Numbered from the stretch's first letter, positions 1 through 10,758 are shown. The stretch: DNA of 64,000 nucleotides from Candidatus Dormibacteraceae bacterium (GCA_050734495.1 JBOHUQ010000126.1:7646-71645), one strand, 5' to 3'. Notes: generated from the letters alone by a model not told the origin. Translations and numbers: made by a program.

Positions 1-127
1 GGACGGCTACTCTTCGCCACCTCTTGCGCACAAATCGTGCACCGAACGATCGCTAATCTTCGCCAACCTAATGACGCTCGTTGCTGCGGACTCTGACTTG
101 ACGAAGCCTCCAAAAGGAGAACTCCTT

Positions 128-1640
<1,513 letters not shown>

Positions 1641-1784
1641 CCAAAACGGAGGACCCAAGACACTCGTCCTGAGTCATAAGACTCTCAGAGTCTTTCCCAC
1701 TCTTCAGTTGTCAAAGTGCTGGTCACCCTGACGACCTCCTGCGCTTTTTGGGCGCACGAAGCCTTCCGTCAGGACAACCCGCGA

Positions 1785-1814
1785 ATTGTACCGGTCTCCC
1801 GCCCGCCTTTGCAA
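1785..1814 (-). promoter_or_regulatory. putative rRNA operon promoter (-35 TTGCAA, 18-nt spacer, -10 TACAAT)
   Basis: Minus strand reads TTGCAA (1814-1809), N18, TACAAT (1790-1785). It lies about 150 nt upstream of the 16S 5' end and 60 nt downstream of the recR stop. Confidence 0.55.
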
Positions 1815-1873
1815 GGCGACCTGAGAGCCGGCCCGTATCCCCACTCGTCGAGGTGGGATGGGAGGCTCGACGA

Positions 1874-2473
1874 TCAGAATGCCCGCCGGCCGGACATGGC
1901 TCGGGCCAGGGTCAGCTCGTCGGCATACTCGAGGTCGCCGCCCACCGGCAGCCCGTGCGCCGGCCGGGTCACTGCCGTCCCCAAAGGTTCGAGCGCGCGC
2001 TGCAGGTAGAGGGCGGTCGCCTCGCCCTCGATGTCCGCGTCGGTCGCGACGATCACCTCGAGCACGCCTTCCTCCCGCACCCGGTCGAGCAGCCGCGGCA
2101 CGTGGATCTGGTCGGGTCCGATACCGTCGATCGGCGAGATCACGCCTTGCAGGACGAAGTAGAGTCCGCCGAACTCTGACGTCCTCTCGATCGCGAGCAC
2201 GTCGAGCGCCGACTCCACCACACAGAGCAGCGTGGCGTCGCGCCGCGGCGATAGGCAGATCCAGCAAAGACTGCCCTCGGCGATGTTGTAGCAGCGCTCG
2301 CAGTAGCCGATGCGGGCCTTGACGTCCTCGATGGCATGCGCGAGCGAGGCGGCCCGCTGGCTGTCCGCGCGCAAGAGATGGAAGGCGAGCCGTTGCGCGG
2401 TCTTGGGTCCGATGCCCGGCAGTCGCGAGAGCTCCTGGATGAGCCGTTCCAGCGGCTCCGGCAGCTGCGGCAT
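1874..2473 (-). CDS. recR: recombination protein RecR
   Basis: The N-terminus LIQELSRLPGIGPKTAQRLAFHLL (HhH), a Cys4 zinc finger (CERCYN...CWIC) and a Toprim-like C-terminal region are present. It sits in the classic dnaX-ybaB-recR order. Confidence 0.95.
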   Translation of the reverse strand: MPQLPEPLERLIQELSRLPGIGPKTAQRLAFHLLRADSQRAASLAHAIEDVKARIGYCERCYNIAEGSLCWICLSPRRDATLLCVVESALDVLAIERTSEFGGLYFVLQGVISPIDGIGPDQIHVPRLLDRVREEGVLEVIVATDADIEGEATALYLQRALEPLGTAVTRPAHGLPVGGDLEYADELTLARAMSGRRAF

Positions 2474-2482
2474 CGCTATCGG

Positions 2483-2791
2483 CTAGAGAAGGCCGGGTGG
2501 AAGTCCGAGCCCGGACGCCACCGCCTGCATCTTCGATGCGGCGAGCTGTTTCGACTTTTCCATCGCCTCGTTGACCGCCGCGACCACGAGGTCCTGCAGC
2601 ATCTCGGTGTCGGACGCGGCCTCGGGATCAATCGTCACGGACACGAGCTTCTGCGTGCCGCTCGCCACCACGCGCACCGCGCCACCCCCCGCCGTCGCCT
2701 CGACAGTTTCGTTTTCCAGGTCCGCCTGCACCTTGCTCATTTTGTCCTGCATCTGCTGGACCTGCCGCAGCATCTTCATCGGGTCCTTCAC
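2483..2791 (-). CDS. ybaB: YbaB/EbfC family nucleoid-associated protein
   Basis: About 100 aa, MLRQVQQMQDKMSKVQADLENETVEATAGGGAVRV. The start overlaps the dnaX stop (GTGA at 2788-2791). Confidence 0.92.
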   Translation of the reverse strand: MKDPMKMLRQVQQMQDKMSKVQADLENETVEATAGGGAVRVVASGTQKLVSVTIDPEAASDTEMLQDLVVAAVNEAMEKSKQLAASKMQAVASGLGLPPGLL

Positions 2792-4326
2792 TCGGACACC
2801 TCCTTCACCCTCGTCACGCGGCCGTCGAACCGGCGCACCACCTCGCGGACGAATGGATCGTCCTCAGGGGTCGGCTTGGGGGCCGCCTTCGCCGGGTCGC
2901 CATCCCTGAGGCGGAAGTCGACCTTCACGCCGTCCCCCAGCCACGCGCGCACATGCGGCATCAGTTGCATGGACTGCTCCTGGGCCTTCTTGTGATGAAA
3001 GCCATACCGAAACCACAAGACCAGCAGCGTCCCATCGACCTCAGGCTGCGCATCGAGGTAAGCGGCGCGCACGGTGCGATTCAGCTTCTCGAGCACCTCC
3101 GACCACCCGCTCACGTCCCCACCGGCAACCGCCGGCTCCTCGAGCCCAGGCGCAATCACCCTCACCTCCCCGCTCGCCTGGGAGGTCGCTGTGGCCCTGG
3201 CCTCCCCACTCGCCGGGGAGGTCGCCACTGCCCGCAGGGCACTGGCGGGTGGGGGGCCACCCTCTGGCGAGGGCGCGGATTCCGTCCCCAGCTCAACCGC
3301 CAGCCGCGCCAAGGTCGCCTCCACGAGGAACCGCGGTTCAGCGTGCCGCCGGACCTCCCCATCAAGGTGCAGCAGCGCATCCAGCACGCTGGACAGCCGC
3401 CGCGCCGTCGCCTGGTCCCGCCCGGTGAGCGCCACCACCAACCGGTCTCGGCATTCCTCCATCAAGCCCCGCACCACCTGCCGCAGCTCCGCGCCGGCGG
3501 CATAGACGCGACTCAGCTCCGCCAGCGCCTCAGCCGCGCGTCCCGCGAGCACGTCGTCCAGCAACGAATCCAACAACCGGGGATCGGCGATCCCCAACAG
3601 CGCGCGCGCCGACTCCAGAGTGATGGGCCCGGAAGTGAGCGGCACGAGCTGGTCCATCAGCCCCACGGCGTCGCGCATGGAGCCCTGCGCCGTGCGCGCG
3701 ATCAGCTGCATCGCCTCCGAGTCCACCTTCACGTTCTCGGACCCAGCGATGTGCGTCAGCCGCGCCGTGATCTGCTCCTCGCTGTGGCGCCGGAACACGA
3801 ATTGCTGGCAACGCCCGATCACCGTCAGCGGGATCTTCTGCGCGTCGGTCGTGCACAGGATGAAAACGACGTGGGGTGGCGGCTCCTCGAGCGTCTTCAA
3901 CAGCGCGTTGAACGCCGGCTCGGTGAGCATGTGCGCCTCGTCGATGATGTAGACCTTGAACGGTCCCAGCGCCGGGGCGAGGTTCACCTTCTCGCGCAGG
4001 TCGCGAATCTCGTCGATGCCGCGGTTGGACGCGGCGTCGATCTCGATCAGGTCGAGCGCGGACCCAGCGGTCATCTCGACGCACGACTGGCACTTGTTGC
4101 ACGGTTCGGCGGACGGGCGCGCGCGACCCGTGCAGTTCAAAGCCTTCGCGAGCAGGCGCGCGGCCGACGTCTTACCCGTCCCCCGGCTCCCGCTGAACAG
4201 GTACGCGTGCGCGACGCGCGCGCTGCTGATCGCGCCCTGCAGCGCTCGCGAGGCAGCCTCCTGGCCGACCAGGTCGCCAAACGTCTGCGAGCGGTACTTG
4301 CGGTAGAGGCTCTGGTACTCAGGCAT
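2788..4326 (-). CDS. dnaX: DNA polymerase III subunit gamma/tau
   Basis: YRKYRSQTFGDLVGQE, Walker A GSRGTGKTS, a CNKCQSC zinc module and DEAHML are present. The linker is low-complexity and carries a 12-aa duplication. Confidence 0.95.
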   Translation of the reverse strand: MPEYQSLYRKYRSQTFGDLVGQEAASRALQGAISSARVAHAYLFSGSRGTGKTSAARLLAKALNCTGRARPSAEPCNKCQSCVEMTAGSALDLIEIDAASNRGIDEIRDLREKVNLAPALGPFKVYIIDEAHMLTEPAFNALLKTLEEPPPHVVFILCTTDAQKIPLTVIGRCQQFVFRRHSEEQITARLTHIAGSENVKVDSEAMQLIARTAQGSMRDAVGLMDQLVPLTSGPITLESARALLGIADPRLLDSLLDDVLAGRAAEALAELSRVYAAGAELRQVVRGLMEECRDRLVVALTGRDQATARRLSSVLDALLHLDGEVRRHAEPRFLVEATLARLAVELGTESAPSPEGGPPPASALRAVATSPASGEARATATSQASGEVRVIAPGLEEPAVAGGDVSGWSEVLEKLNRTVRAAYLDAQPEVDGTLLVLWFRYGFHHKKAQEQSMQLMPHVRAWLGDGVKVDFRLRDGDPAKAAPKPTPEDDPFVREVVRRFDGRVTRVKEVSE

Positions 4327-4387
4327 TGCGTTTCATGGTCGCGCACCCCCGCCTCGATCGAAGGCCCCCAGCTCGCACCGCGGTCCA

Positions 4388-4495
4388 CGGCTCCGGCCCG
4401 GATGACTGCGGCACCCTCGAGTTTCTCCTTACCGCTGCTTCCTTCCGGACCTGACGGGGTTCAGAGACCCGAGCTGCGCAGGTCCCGACCTTCAA
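4388..4495 (-). ncRNA. ffs: signal recognition particle RNA (small 4.5S type)
   Basis: The reverse complement of 4434-4455 is GTCAGGTCCGGAAGGAAGCAGC, the conserved SRP helix-8 motif. Flanking arms pair (CUGCG/CGCAG, CUCGGG/CUCGAG). The position upstream of dnaX is typical. Ends are approximate. Confidence 0.8.
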
Positions 4496-4589
4496 CGCCG
4501 TTCGCCGCGGCCAGGCGTGAGAACCCAGACCTCAGCACGGGAGTTCGGTCCGGCTAAGGCGGATTGCCGGTTCAGGGTACCGCCAGCAC

Positions 4590-4775
4590 CCCACTTAGCG
4601 CGACCAAGAGCATCTTACCCGGGCGCAGAAAGCGCGGGCGGTGCCGTGTCTATAAAGGCACCGCGCCCACTTAGCGCGACCAAGAGCATCTTACCCGGGC
4701 GCAGAAATCGCGCACTGTGCCGTGTCTAAAAAGGACACCGCGCCCACTTGGCGCGACCAAGAGCATCTTACCCCG
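4590..4775. repeat. tandem direct repeat, about 76-bp unit, 2.4 copies
   Basis: Copies start at 4590, 4666 and 4743. Copies 1 and 2 share an identical 42-nt core, CCCACTTAGCGCGACCAAGAGCATCTTACCCGGGCGCAGAAA. Copy 3 is partial and overlaps the stop codon of the upstream CDS. Confidence 0.9.
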
Positions 4776-5454
4776 GCTCAGTCGCGACCACCGGCCGCCG
4801 CGCCGCCCACCCCAGGTGCACAAACGTCGCGACTGTGGCGATCGGAATGACCACCTCGGCGCCGATCACGACGTTGGTCGTGTCCTGGCCCAAGAACCGG
4901 AACAGGCAGATGCCGCCGACCAGCACGATGATCAGCGAGGTGGAGATCTGTCCCGTGACGGTGTGGCGAAGCTCAGGCCGCCGATCTGTCGCCAGCAATA
5001 TGCCGCCCGCCAGCGCGGGCACCAGGTAGCGCGCTATCACGACGATGGCAAGCCACATCGCGAATGCTCCGCCGGCGGCCAGGCCGATGGCGAGCGCTCC
5101 AAGGAAGAGTCCGTCGACGACCGGGTCGAGGGCGCCTCCCAGGTTCGACGCGCGTATGAAACGCCGCGCGACCGTGCCGTCCACGAGGTCGGTGAGGCCG
5201 GCGATCGCCACGCACACCGCAAGCAGTCCAAAGTCCTGGTGCATCGCATAGACCAGCGCCGGTGCGGCCAGGTACGCGCGAGCCAGCGACACCTGGTTCG
5301 CCGGACCGGGCAAACCGGCGCCGACCGCGGCCACGGCGGTAAACCACGCTGCCTCCAGCCACGCCGGCCCGGGCTGCCCGCTCAGCCACGCCCAGGCGAG
5401 GCCCGCGATGACGTAAAGGGTGGTGGCGACGCGCGCCGGCGTGTCCGAATACAC
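4768..5454 (-). CDS. CDP-alcohol phosphatidyltransferase family protein
   Basis: The motif DGTVARRFIRASNLGGALDPVVD (D-G-x2-A-R-x8-G-x3-D-x3-D) is present and the protein is polytopic membrane. I chose the GTG at 5454, 5 nt after the PBP stop. The longer ORF to 5820 overlaps the PBP gene. Confidence 0.8.
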   Translation of the reverse strand: MYSDTPARVATTLYVIAGLAWAWLSGQPGPAWLEAAWFTAVAAVGAGLPGPANQVSLARAYLAAPALVYAMHQDFGLLAVCVAIAGLTDLVDGTVARRFIRASNLGGALDPVVDGLFLGALAIGLAAGGAFAMWLAIVVIARYLVPALAGGILLATDRRPELRHTVTGQISTSLIIVLVGGICLFRFLGQDTTNVVIGAEVVIPIATVATFVHLGWAARRPVVATEPG

Positions 5455-5459
5455 GCCGA

Positions 5460-7682
5460 TCAGTGTGGACTGGGCGACGGCGACGGAGCTGGCGACGGAG
5501 ACGCGGCCGGGGGGACATAAGGCGCCTGCCCCGGGTGCGGGTTGGCGCCGCACGGGTAAGCGGGCTCGCCGATTCCCTTGAGGAAGATCTCGCTCATACC
5601 ACCGCTGGTCACGTATCCGCCGTCGTACGTGCACACCTGGCGGGTTACGACTCCCGCCGGCTGTACCCACATCTCCGGCCATGGATGCGATTGGTAGTAC
5701 TCCTCGACAAACGGCTTCCACACCGAGATGCCGACGTTCTCGCCGAACAGCACCGAGGTCGGGCACTGCCAGCCCGAGGGCGGAAAGTTGGTCGCGAGAT
5801 ACGCAAAGCCCGAGTTGCATGTGGCCCCGGCGTCGATGTGCATGAGCGACGCGGCGATCGCGAGGTTCGGCGTGTAGCCGATGAAGATCGACCCGGTGTA
5901 GGCCTCCGTCGTGCCCGACTTGCCCGCCACCGGCTTGCCGCCCAGGGCGCCCAGGTACAGCTTCACGGGTCCGCGCAGCAGGTCCGTCATCACGTACCCG
6001 AGGTCGGGGCTGATGACCTGCGTGCGGCCGGCGGCCGGATCGAATGACTCGAGCACCTTGCCTGTCGCATCCGTCACCTTGAGCACGGCGTGCGGGCTGA
6101 TCCGGTATCCGCCGTTGTCGAACGCGGAGTAGGCCGCGAGATGCTCAGCCATCGAGATCGCATCCGGGCCCAGCGTGGTCGCGACGCCTGCCGGGCTCTG
6201 GATCGTGGCGGTGACGCCCAGGTTGTGCAGCAGGCTGACGACGCGATCCCCACCCTCCATGCCGTACGTCCACAGCGCGGGCAGGTTGCGCGACTGAGCG
6301 AGCGCGGTGCGCAGCGTTATCCACCCCTCGTGCTTGCCGTCCCAGTCGCTGAACGTGGTCCCCCCGATGACCCCCGACTGGTCGTTCAAAAGACTGGCCG
6401 GCGTCACCAGGCCGGCCTGCAGCGCGGCCGCGTACGTGTACACCTTGAAGGACGATCCGACGCCACGCCACCCCAACGGATCGACGCCGGTCAGATTGAT
6501 CTGGCCACGGATCGCAGCGTTGTTGTAGTCGGCGCTGCCGACCATCGCGAGGATCTCACCGTCCGCCGGATTCATCACCAGCATCGCGCCTGTGTTCACG
6601 CCGCGCTTCGCATATGTGGCAACGCCCGCCTTCACCCACTTGTCGGCCATCGCCTGCGTGCCCAGGTCGAGCGTCGTCGTGATGCGCAGCCCTCCCTCGT
6701 ACAGCGCCTGCGCTCCGTAGCGCTGGATGATGTACCGCTCGATGTAGTCGACGAAATGCGCTGTGAGCGGGTTGTGCGACCCGGGGAGGGCCTTGTGTGC
6801 CGCGATCATCTTCGCGACGAGGTCGCTGTTGAAGACCGCGTCGGCTGCGGACCGGCTCAGGTCGCCCATCGTGACCAGCCCGTCGAGGACGGAGCGCCAG
6901 CGCGATTTCGCAAACGCCAGCTGGTCCGGCGTTCCGAAAGGGTCGTAGTCCGCCGGCGCCTGCGGCACGCCGGCGAGAAAGCTCGCCTGAGCCCAGCTCA
7001 GATCGCTCGCGTGCACCTGGAAGTACGTCTCGGCCGCGGCCTCCGCCCCATACGCGCCGTTGCCGTAGTTGATCGTGTTCAAGTAGAGCTCGAGGATCTG
7101 CTGCTTGGAGTAGCGGCGCTCCATCTCCTCCGCCAGCAGCAGCTCGCGAAACTTGCGACTGACGGTCCGGCTCTGCGCCTCCGTGGAGTCCAGGACGATG
7201 TTTTTCACGACCTGCTCGGTGATCGTCGAGCCACCCAGCGTGGACGAGTGGTGCGTCAGGTCATACCCGATGGCGATGGCGAGGCGCCTGTAATCGACGC
7301 CCGAGTTCGAGTAGAAGGTGCGGTCCTCGGTCGCAATGGTCGCCTCCTGCAACTTGATGCTGATCTGCTTGAGCGGCACGACGGTGCGGTTCTGGTGATA
7401 CAGCGATTCGATCACGGCGCCGTTGCGGTCGAGAATGCGAGTCGTCTGGGTGAGGTTCGCGGCCTGGATCGCCTGGATCGAGGGCAGGTCGCCCGCGAAG
7501 TAGTCCACGACCCCGATCGTCCCCGCAGTCCCGATCAGGCCCATCGACGAGATCACGATCAGGCTCACCAGGGCAAGCCGCATCAGCCAGAAATGCGACC
7601 GGCGCTTGTGGGGGCGGCGCGGGCGGGGGCGCGCACGAATGCGTCGCTTGCGCGCGGCGGGCGCGCTCTTGCGGGAACGCAA
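5460..7682 (-). CDS. class A penicillin-binding protein (transglycosylase/transpeptidase)
   Basis: GT51 motifs EDRTFYSNSGVD and GGSTITEQ are present, with transpeptidase motifs SSFK, SRN and KSGT. There is an N-terminal TM anchor and a Pro/Ser-rich tail. The start codon is TTG. Confidence 0.93.
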   Translation of the reverse strand: MRSRKSAPAARKRRIRARPRPRRPHKRRSHFWLMRLALVSLIVISSMGLIGTAGTIGVVDYFAGDLPSIQAIQAANLTQTTRILDRNGAVIESLYHQNRTVVPLKQISIKLQEATIATEDRTFYSNSGVDYRRLAIAIGYDLTHHSSTLGGSTITEQVVKNIVLDSTEAQSRTVSRKFRELLLAEEMERRYSKQQILELYLNTINYGNGAYGAEAAAETYFQVHASDLSWAQASFLAGVPQAPADYDPFGTPDQLAFAKSRWRSVLDGLVTMGDLSRSAADAVFNSDLVAKMIAAHKALPGSHNPLTAHFVDYIERYIIQRYGAQALYEGGLRITTTLDLGTQAMADKWVKAGVATYAKRGVNTGAMLVMNPADGEILAMVGSADYNNAAIRGQINLTGVDPLGWRGVGSSFKVYTYAAALQAGLVTPASLLNDQSGVIGGTTFSDWDGKHEGWITLRTALAQSRNLPALWTYGMEGGDRVVSLLHNLGVTATIQSPAGVATTLGPDAISMAEHLAAYSAFDNGGYRISPHAVLKVTDATGKVLESFDPAAGRTQVISPDLGYVMTDLLRGPVKLYLGALGGKPVAGKSGTTEAYTGSIFIGYTPNLAIAASLMHIDAGATCNSGFAYLATNFPPSGWQCPTSVLFGENVGISVWKPFVEEYYQSHPWPEMWVQPAGVVTRQVCTYDGGYVTSGGMSEIFLKGIGEPAYPCGANPHPGQAPYVPPAASPSPAPSPSPSPH

Positions 7683-7741
7683 GGCCAGGCGGGACCTCCA
7701 GGACGTGTACTACGACGAGAGCTACGACCGTTGGCGCGAGT

Positions 7742-9151
7742 CTACCGCAGCCCCAGCGCCTCTGCTCCCTGGTCCGCCAGGCCCAGGAGCGGGCTCGAGA
7801 AGATGCCGTACACCGCGATTACGACGCAAAAGGCCACGGCCCCGAACGCTGACAACCCTGTCATCACCGGCAACCGGGTCGTGCGCCGCGCGTCGTCAGG
7901 CGGGCTCTGGATGTACATGACACGCATCGTCCCGACCACCGCCACGAGGCTGAGCGCGGTTCCAAGCACACCGAGCGCCAGCAGCGCGAAGTGGGCGCTC
8001 TGCGCCAGGGCCGCCGCAACGGCGAACTCGCCGAAGAATCCAGCCAGGGGCGGGGCCCCCGCCAGCGACAGCATCGCGAGGGAAAGCCCGGCCGCACGCG
8101 CGGGCCGCAGCACGCCCATTCCGGCCAGCGCCTGCTCCCCGCCTTCCGCCCGGCCCATGACCGCCGGCGCACAGGTCGCGGCCACCGCAAACGCGCCCAG
8201 CAGGAACAGGGATCCCGCCAGCCCGCCGCGATAGTGGGTCACGAGCCCGGCTGCGACCCAACCGATCTGCCCCGCCGCGAGGTAGGCCACGCGCACTCGC
8301 GCCGACTGCGCCGCCAGCGCCGCCGCCCCGCCCCCGACCATCGCGAACGCAGCGATCACCTCGAGGTACGTCGAGTACACCGCGGGGATCGGGGTGAGCG
8401 CGCCCACCACCTTGATCGCCACGGTAGCCGCGGCGGCCGCCACCAGGCCGAGCACCAACCCGGCTCCCAGCGGCGACGCGCCGAGGCTCGCCGGTATCGA
8501 CGCCACCTGGAACGGCGCCAGCGCCGCACGAACCGCCAGCCCGCTCATCACGAGAAACACTGGGATGGCCAGTGCGATGGTCGGTGTACCGCTGAAAAGG
8601 ACCGCGCGGATCGTGGCGAGGCTGGATGTACCGGCCGACGCATAGAGGAACGCGAGCCCGATCAGCAGCAGGGCGCTCGCCACGCCGCCAGTGACCAGCA
8701 GCCTGAGCGCGAGGTCGGGGCGCCGCACGGCGACCATGACCACACCCGCGGCGGCCGCCACTTCGAGCCCGGCCCACAGCGCGACCAGGTCTCCCGCGGA
8801 AGCCGCGACCATCACGCCGAAGGTCGCCAGCAGCGGCATGGCCAGCCCGATGGTCATCGAGTCCTCTGCCGTCCAGTCGACGACGGCCAACGCGATGGTC
8901 GCGGTCAGCAGGACGGCCGCCTTGGCGAACAGCGCGAATCGGTCCTGCAGGAACGCGCCCTCGAAGTACGTCGCGAGGGTGGCGCCGGCCCACAGCTCGA
9001 TGCCGAGCGCCACGAGCGTGACCAGCGCCACGGCCGCCGGCAGCGAGCGCCGGAAACCGCCCTGCGAAAGCCATCCGAGCCGGCCGGCCAGCAGCACGAG
9101 CACCGCGGCCGCGACCACCAGCGCCTCTGGGAGCAGGACCAGGTATTTCAC
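7742..9151 (-). CDS. nuoN: NuoN-like antiporter-type membrane subunit (divergent)
   Basis: Polytopic Ala/Leu-rich protein with recognisable NuoN blocks (WAGLEVA, RAALAPFQ, PPLAGFFGEF). The GTG at 9151 overlaps the nuoM-like stop (GTGA). Confidence 0.8.
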   Translation of the reverse strand: MKYLVLLPEALVVAAAVLVLLAGRLGWLSQGGFRRSLPAAVALVTLVALGIELWAGATLATYFEGAFLQDRFALFAKAAVLLTATIALAVVDWTAEDSMTIGLAMPLLATFGVMVAASAGDLVALWAGLEVAAAAGVVMVAVRRPDLALRLLVTGGVASALLLIGLAFLYASAGTSSLATIRAVLFSGTPTIALAIPVFLVMSGLAVRAALAPFQVASIPASLGASPLGAGLVLGLVAAAAATVAIKVVGALTPIPAVYSTYLEVIAAFAMVGGGAAALAAQSARVRVAYLAAGQIGWVAAGLVTHYRGGLAGSLFLLGAFAVAATCAPAVMGRAEGGEQALAGMGVLRPARAAGLSLAMLSLAGAPPLAGFFGEFAVAAALAQSAHFALLALGVLGTALSLVAVVGTMRVMYIQSPPDDARRTTRLPVMTGLSAFGAVAFCVVIAVYGIFSSPLLGLADQGAEALGLR

Positions 9152-10758
9152 CCGCCAGGTCCCGGAGTCGGAAGCACGTAGGGCGATGCGATGTCGCTGA
9201 GGCCGGCGGACAGGACGTTGACGAGACCCTGGTCGAACAGCGGCGAGTCGGTGCCGGGTAGCTTTGGACCGCTCGGGAAGAGCCCGACCCACAGGAGTCC
9301 ACCCGCCAGCAACGCCAGGTACCAGGTCTCACCCAGCGAAGCGTCCGACACCCCGGGCGCGTCCGGGTTCGGGGCGGAAAACAACACCCGCCGCCACAGG
9401 GAAGCCACCGCGATCGCCCCGAGCGCCAGGCCCGCGGCAACCGCAAAGGCCCCGATCGGCTGAGTCTTGAAGGAGCCGAAAAAGGTCAGGAGATTGGAGG
9501 TGAAGGTCGCGAGCAGAGGAACTCCGAGCACCGCCAGGCCCGCGATCACCATGAGCCACGTCAGGATCGGCATGCGCGGCGCCAGGCCGGCGAGCACGTG
9601 CAGGCTGCGCGACTGGGCGCGTTCCGCCAACGTCGCGCACACGCTGACGATGAGCGCCGCCGCAAGGCCGCCGGCGAACAGCGAGAGGACGGCCCCGGCG
9701 ATGGAGAGCGGCTGGAGGGCCGCCAGCGCGAGAACCGTCACCCCGCCCGGGATCAGGGCCAGGTAAGCGCTGGCCTGCCGGATGTCGTGGTGGCGCATCG
9801 CGACCAGCGCGCCGTACCCGACGGTCAGAGCTGCAAGCGCCGCGAGCCCCGGGGCCAGCAGGTGAGCGGCCGCGGGCTCGGCCGCGACCAGCGTCCGTAA
9901 TAGAAGGTATGCGCCCAGGCGCGACGCGCTGCCCGCAACGATCACCGTGACGCCGACCGGCGCCTCGGAGTAGACGTCGCGGGCCCATCCGTGCAGTGGA
10001 AAGAGTGGGAGCCTGGTCGCGGCGGCGACGATCATCAAGATCCCCGCGGCCAGCTGGACGCGCGGGCTGATGGCCGCCTTCAAGAGCACGTCCATGTCGA
10101 AGCTGCTCCCGCCCGCCGCGGAGTACAGCGCCATGGTTCCGATAATCAGCGCGCCCGTGCCCAGTCCCCAGTAACCGAGCAACCTCCACGCGGCCTCGTG
10201 GCGCCGGTGCCCGCCCCAGCCCAGGACGAGCAGGGCGAGCGGAACCGCTGCGGCGGACCAGAACAGGATCAGGACGAACATGTCTCGCGCGACGATGGCC
10301 CCGTTGACGGTCGCCTGTGCGAGAAGGAGCAGGCAGAAGTACGACCGCACGCGCTCGCGGATTCCGAGCGACGCGAGGACCGACACGATTCCGATCGCGC
10401 CGGACAGGATGAGCATCGTCATTCCAGGACCGTCCACCCCGAGGTGATAGACCGCACCGACCGCCTGGAGCCAGGGGACCTTCTCCTCGTACTGCACGGT
10501 CGGAAGGAACGACTGGAACTGGTTGTAGGCGACTCCCAGCACGAACATCAGGCCGAGGTTGGTGAAGAATGCGATCTGCTTCATCAACGTGTCGTAGCGG
10601 CCGCGCGGGTTCGGCATCGTGGCGATCGCGATGGCGACGACGACAGGCACCCAGATGGTGATGCTGAGCAGAAGCGAGGTGGAGAAGATGCCCGCGCCCG
10701 GCACGGTGGGCGCCGGGGTCGGGCTCGGGCTGGCCGCGAATATGGCTTGCCAGATCAT
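9148..10758 (-). CDS. nuoM: NuoM-like antiporter-type membrane subunit (divergent)
   Basis: Blocks ARDMFVLILFW, RLPLFPLHGW and EAPVG are present. The ATG at 10758 overlaps the nuoL-like stop (ATGA). Confidence 0.82.
   Translation of the reverse strand: MIWQAIFAASPSPTPAPTVPGAGIFSTSLLLSITIWVPVVVAIAIATMPNPRGRYDTLMKQIAFFTNLGLMFVLGVAYNQFQSFLPTVQYEEKVPWLQAVGAVYHLGVDGPGMTMLILSGAIGIVSVLASLGIRERVRSYFCLLLLAQATVNGAIVARDMFVLILFWSAAAVPLALLVLGWGGHRRHEAAWRLLGYWGLGTGALIIGTMALYSAAGGSSFDMDVLLKAAISPRVQLAAGILMIVAAATRLPLFPLHGWARDVYSEAPVGVTVIVAGSASRLGAYLLLRTLVAAEPAAAHLLAPGLAALAALTVGYGALVAMRHHDIRQASAYLALIPGGVTVLALAALQPLSIAGAVLSLFAGGLAAALIVSVCATLAERAQSRSLHVLAGLAPRMPILTWLMVIAGLAVLGVPLLATFTSNLLTFFGSFKTQPIGAFAVAAGLALGAIAVASLWRRVLFSAPNPDAPGVSDASLGETWYLALLAGGLLWVGLFPSGPKLPGTDSPLFDQGLVNVLSAGLSDIASPYVLPTPGPGG

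Noticed and set aside
1-127. tRNA genes in the 16S-23S spacer.
   Set aside because: No T-arm (GGTTCGAATCC-like) or cloverleaf-compatible sequence is present on either strand in the visible part of the spacer.
1688-1715. Second rRNA promoter at minus-strand TTGACA (CACTTTGACAACTGAAGAG).
   Set aside because: There is no acceptable -10 hexamer at 16-19 nt spacing. It is more likely a conserved leader/boxA-like or processing-stem sequence close to the mature 16S 5' end.
3165-3236. 36-bp imperfect in-frame duplication in the dnaX linker (ATSPASGEARAT / ATSQASGEVRVI).
   Set aside because: It is real but lies in a low-complexity linker where slippage duplications are common. No functional implication is evident.
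2788-4326. Programmed frameshift or transcriptional slippage site in dnaX (gamma against tau).
   Set aside because: I saw no A-run or A-AAA-AAG-type heptamer on the coding strand by eye, so the claim cannot be supported.
4590-4775. Possible CRISPR array.
   Set aside because: The repeats are directly abutting 76-77-bp units with no unique spacers, and no cas genes are present. It is a tandem duplication, not a CRISPR.
6090-8234. Very long alternative-frame or antisense ORFs: 6090-8234 (+, 714 aa), 7896-9446 (-), 32561-34660 (+, 699 aa), 2953-4557 (+), 47190-48581 (+), 55022-56122 (-) and many others in the ORF track.
   Set aside because: Their translations are Arg/Pro/Gly/Ala-rich low-complexity strings with no recognisable motifs. 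They shadow genes that have clear family signatures. Such ORFs are expected in high-GC DNA, where stop codons are rare.
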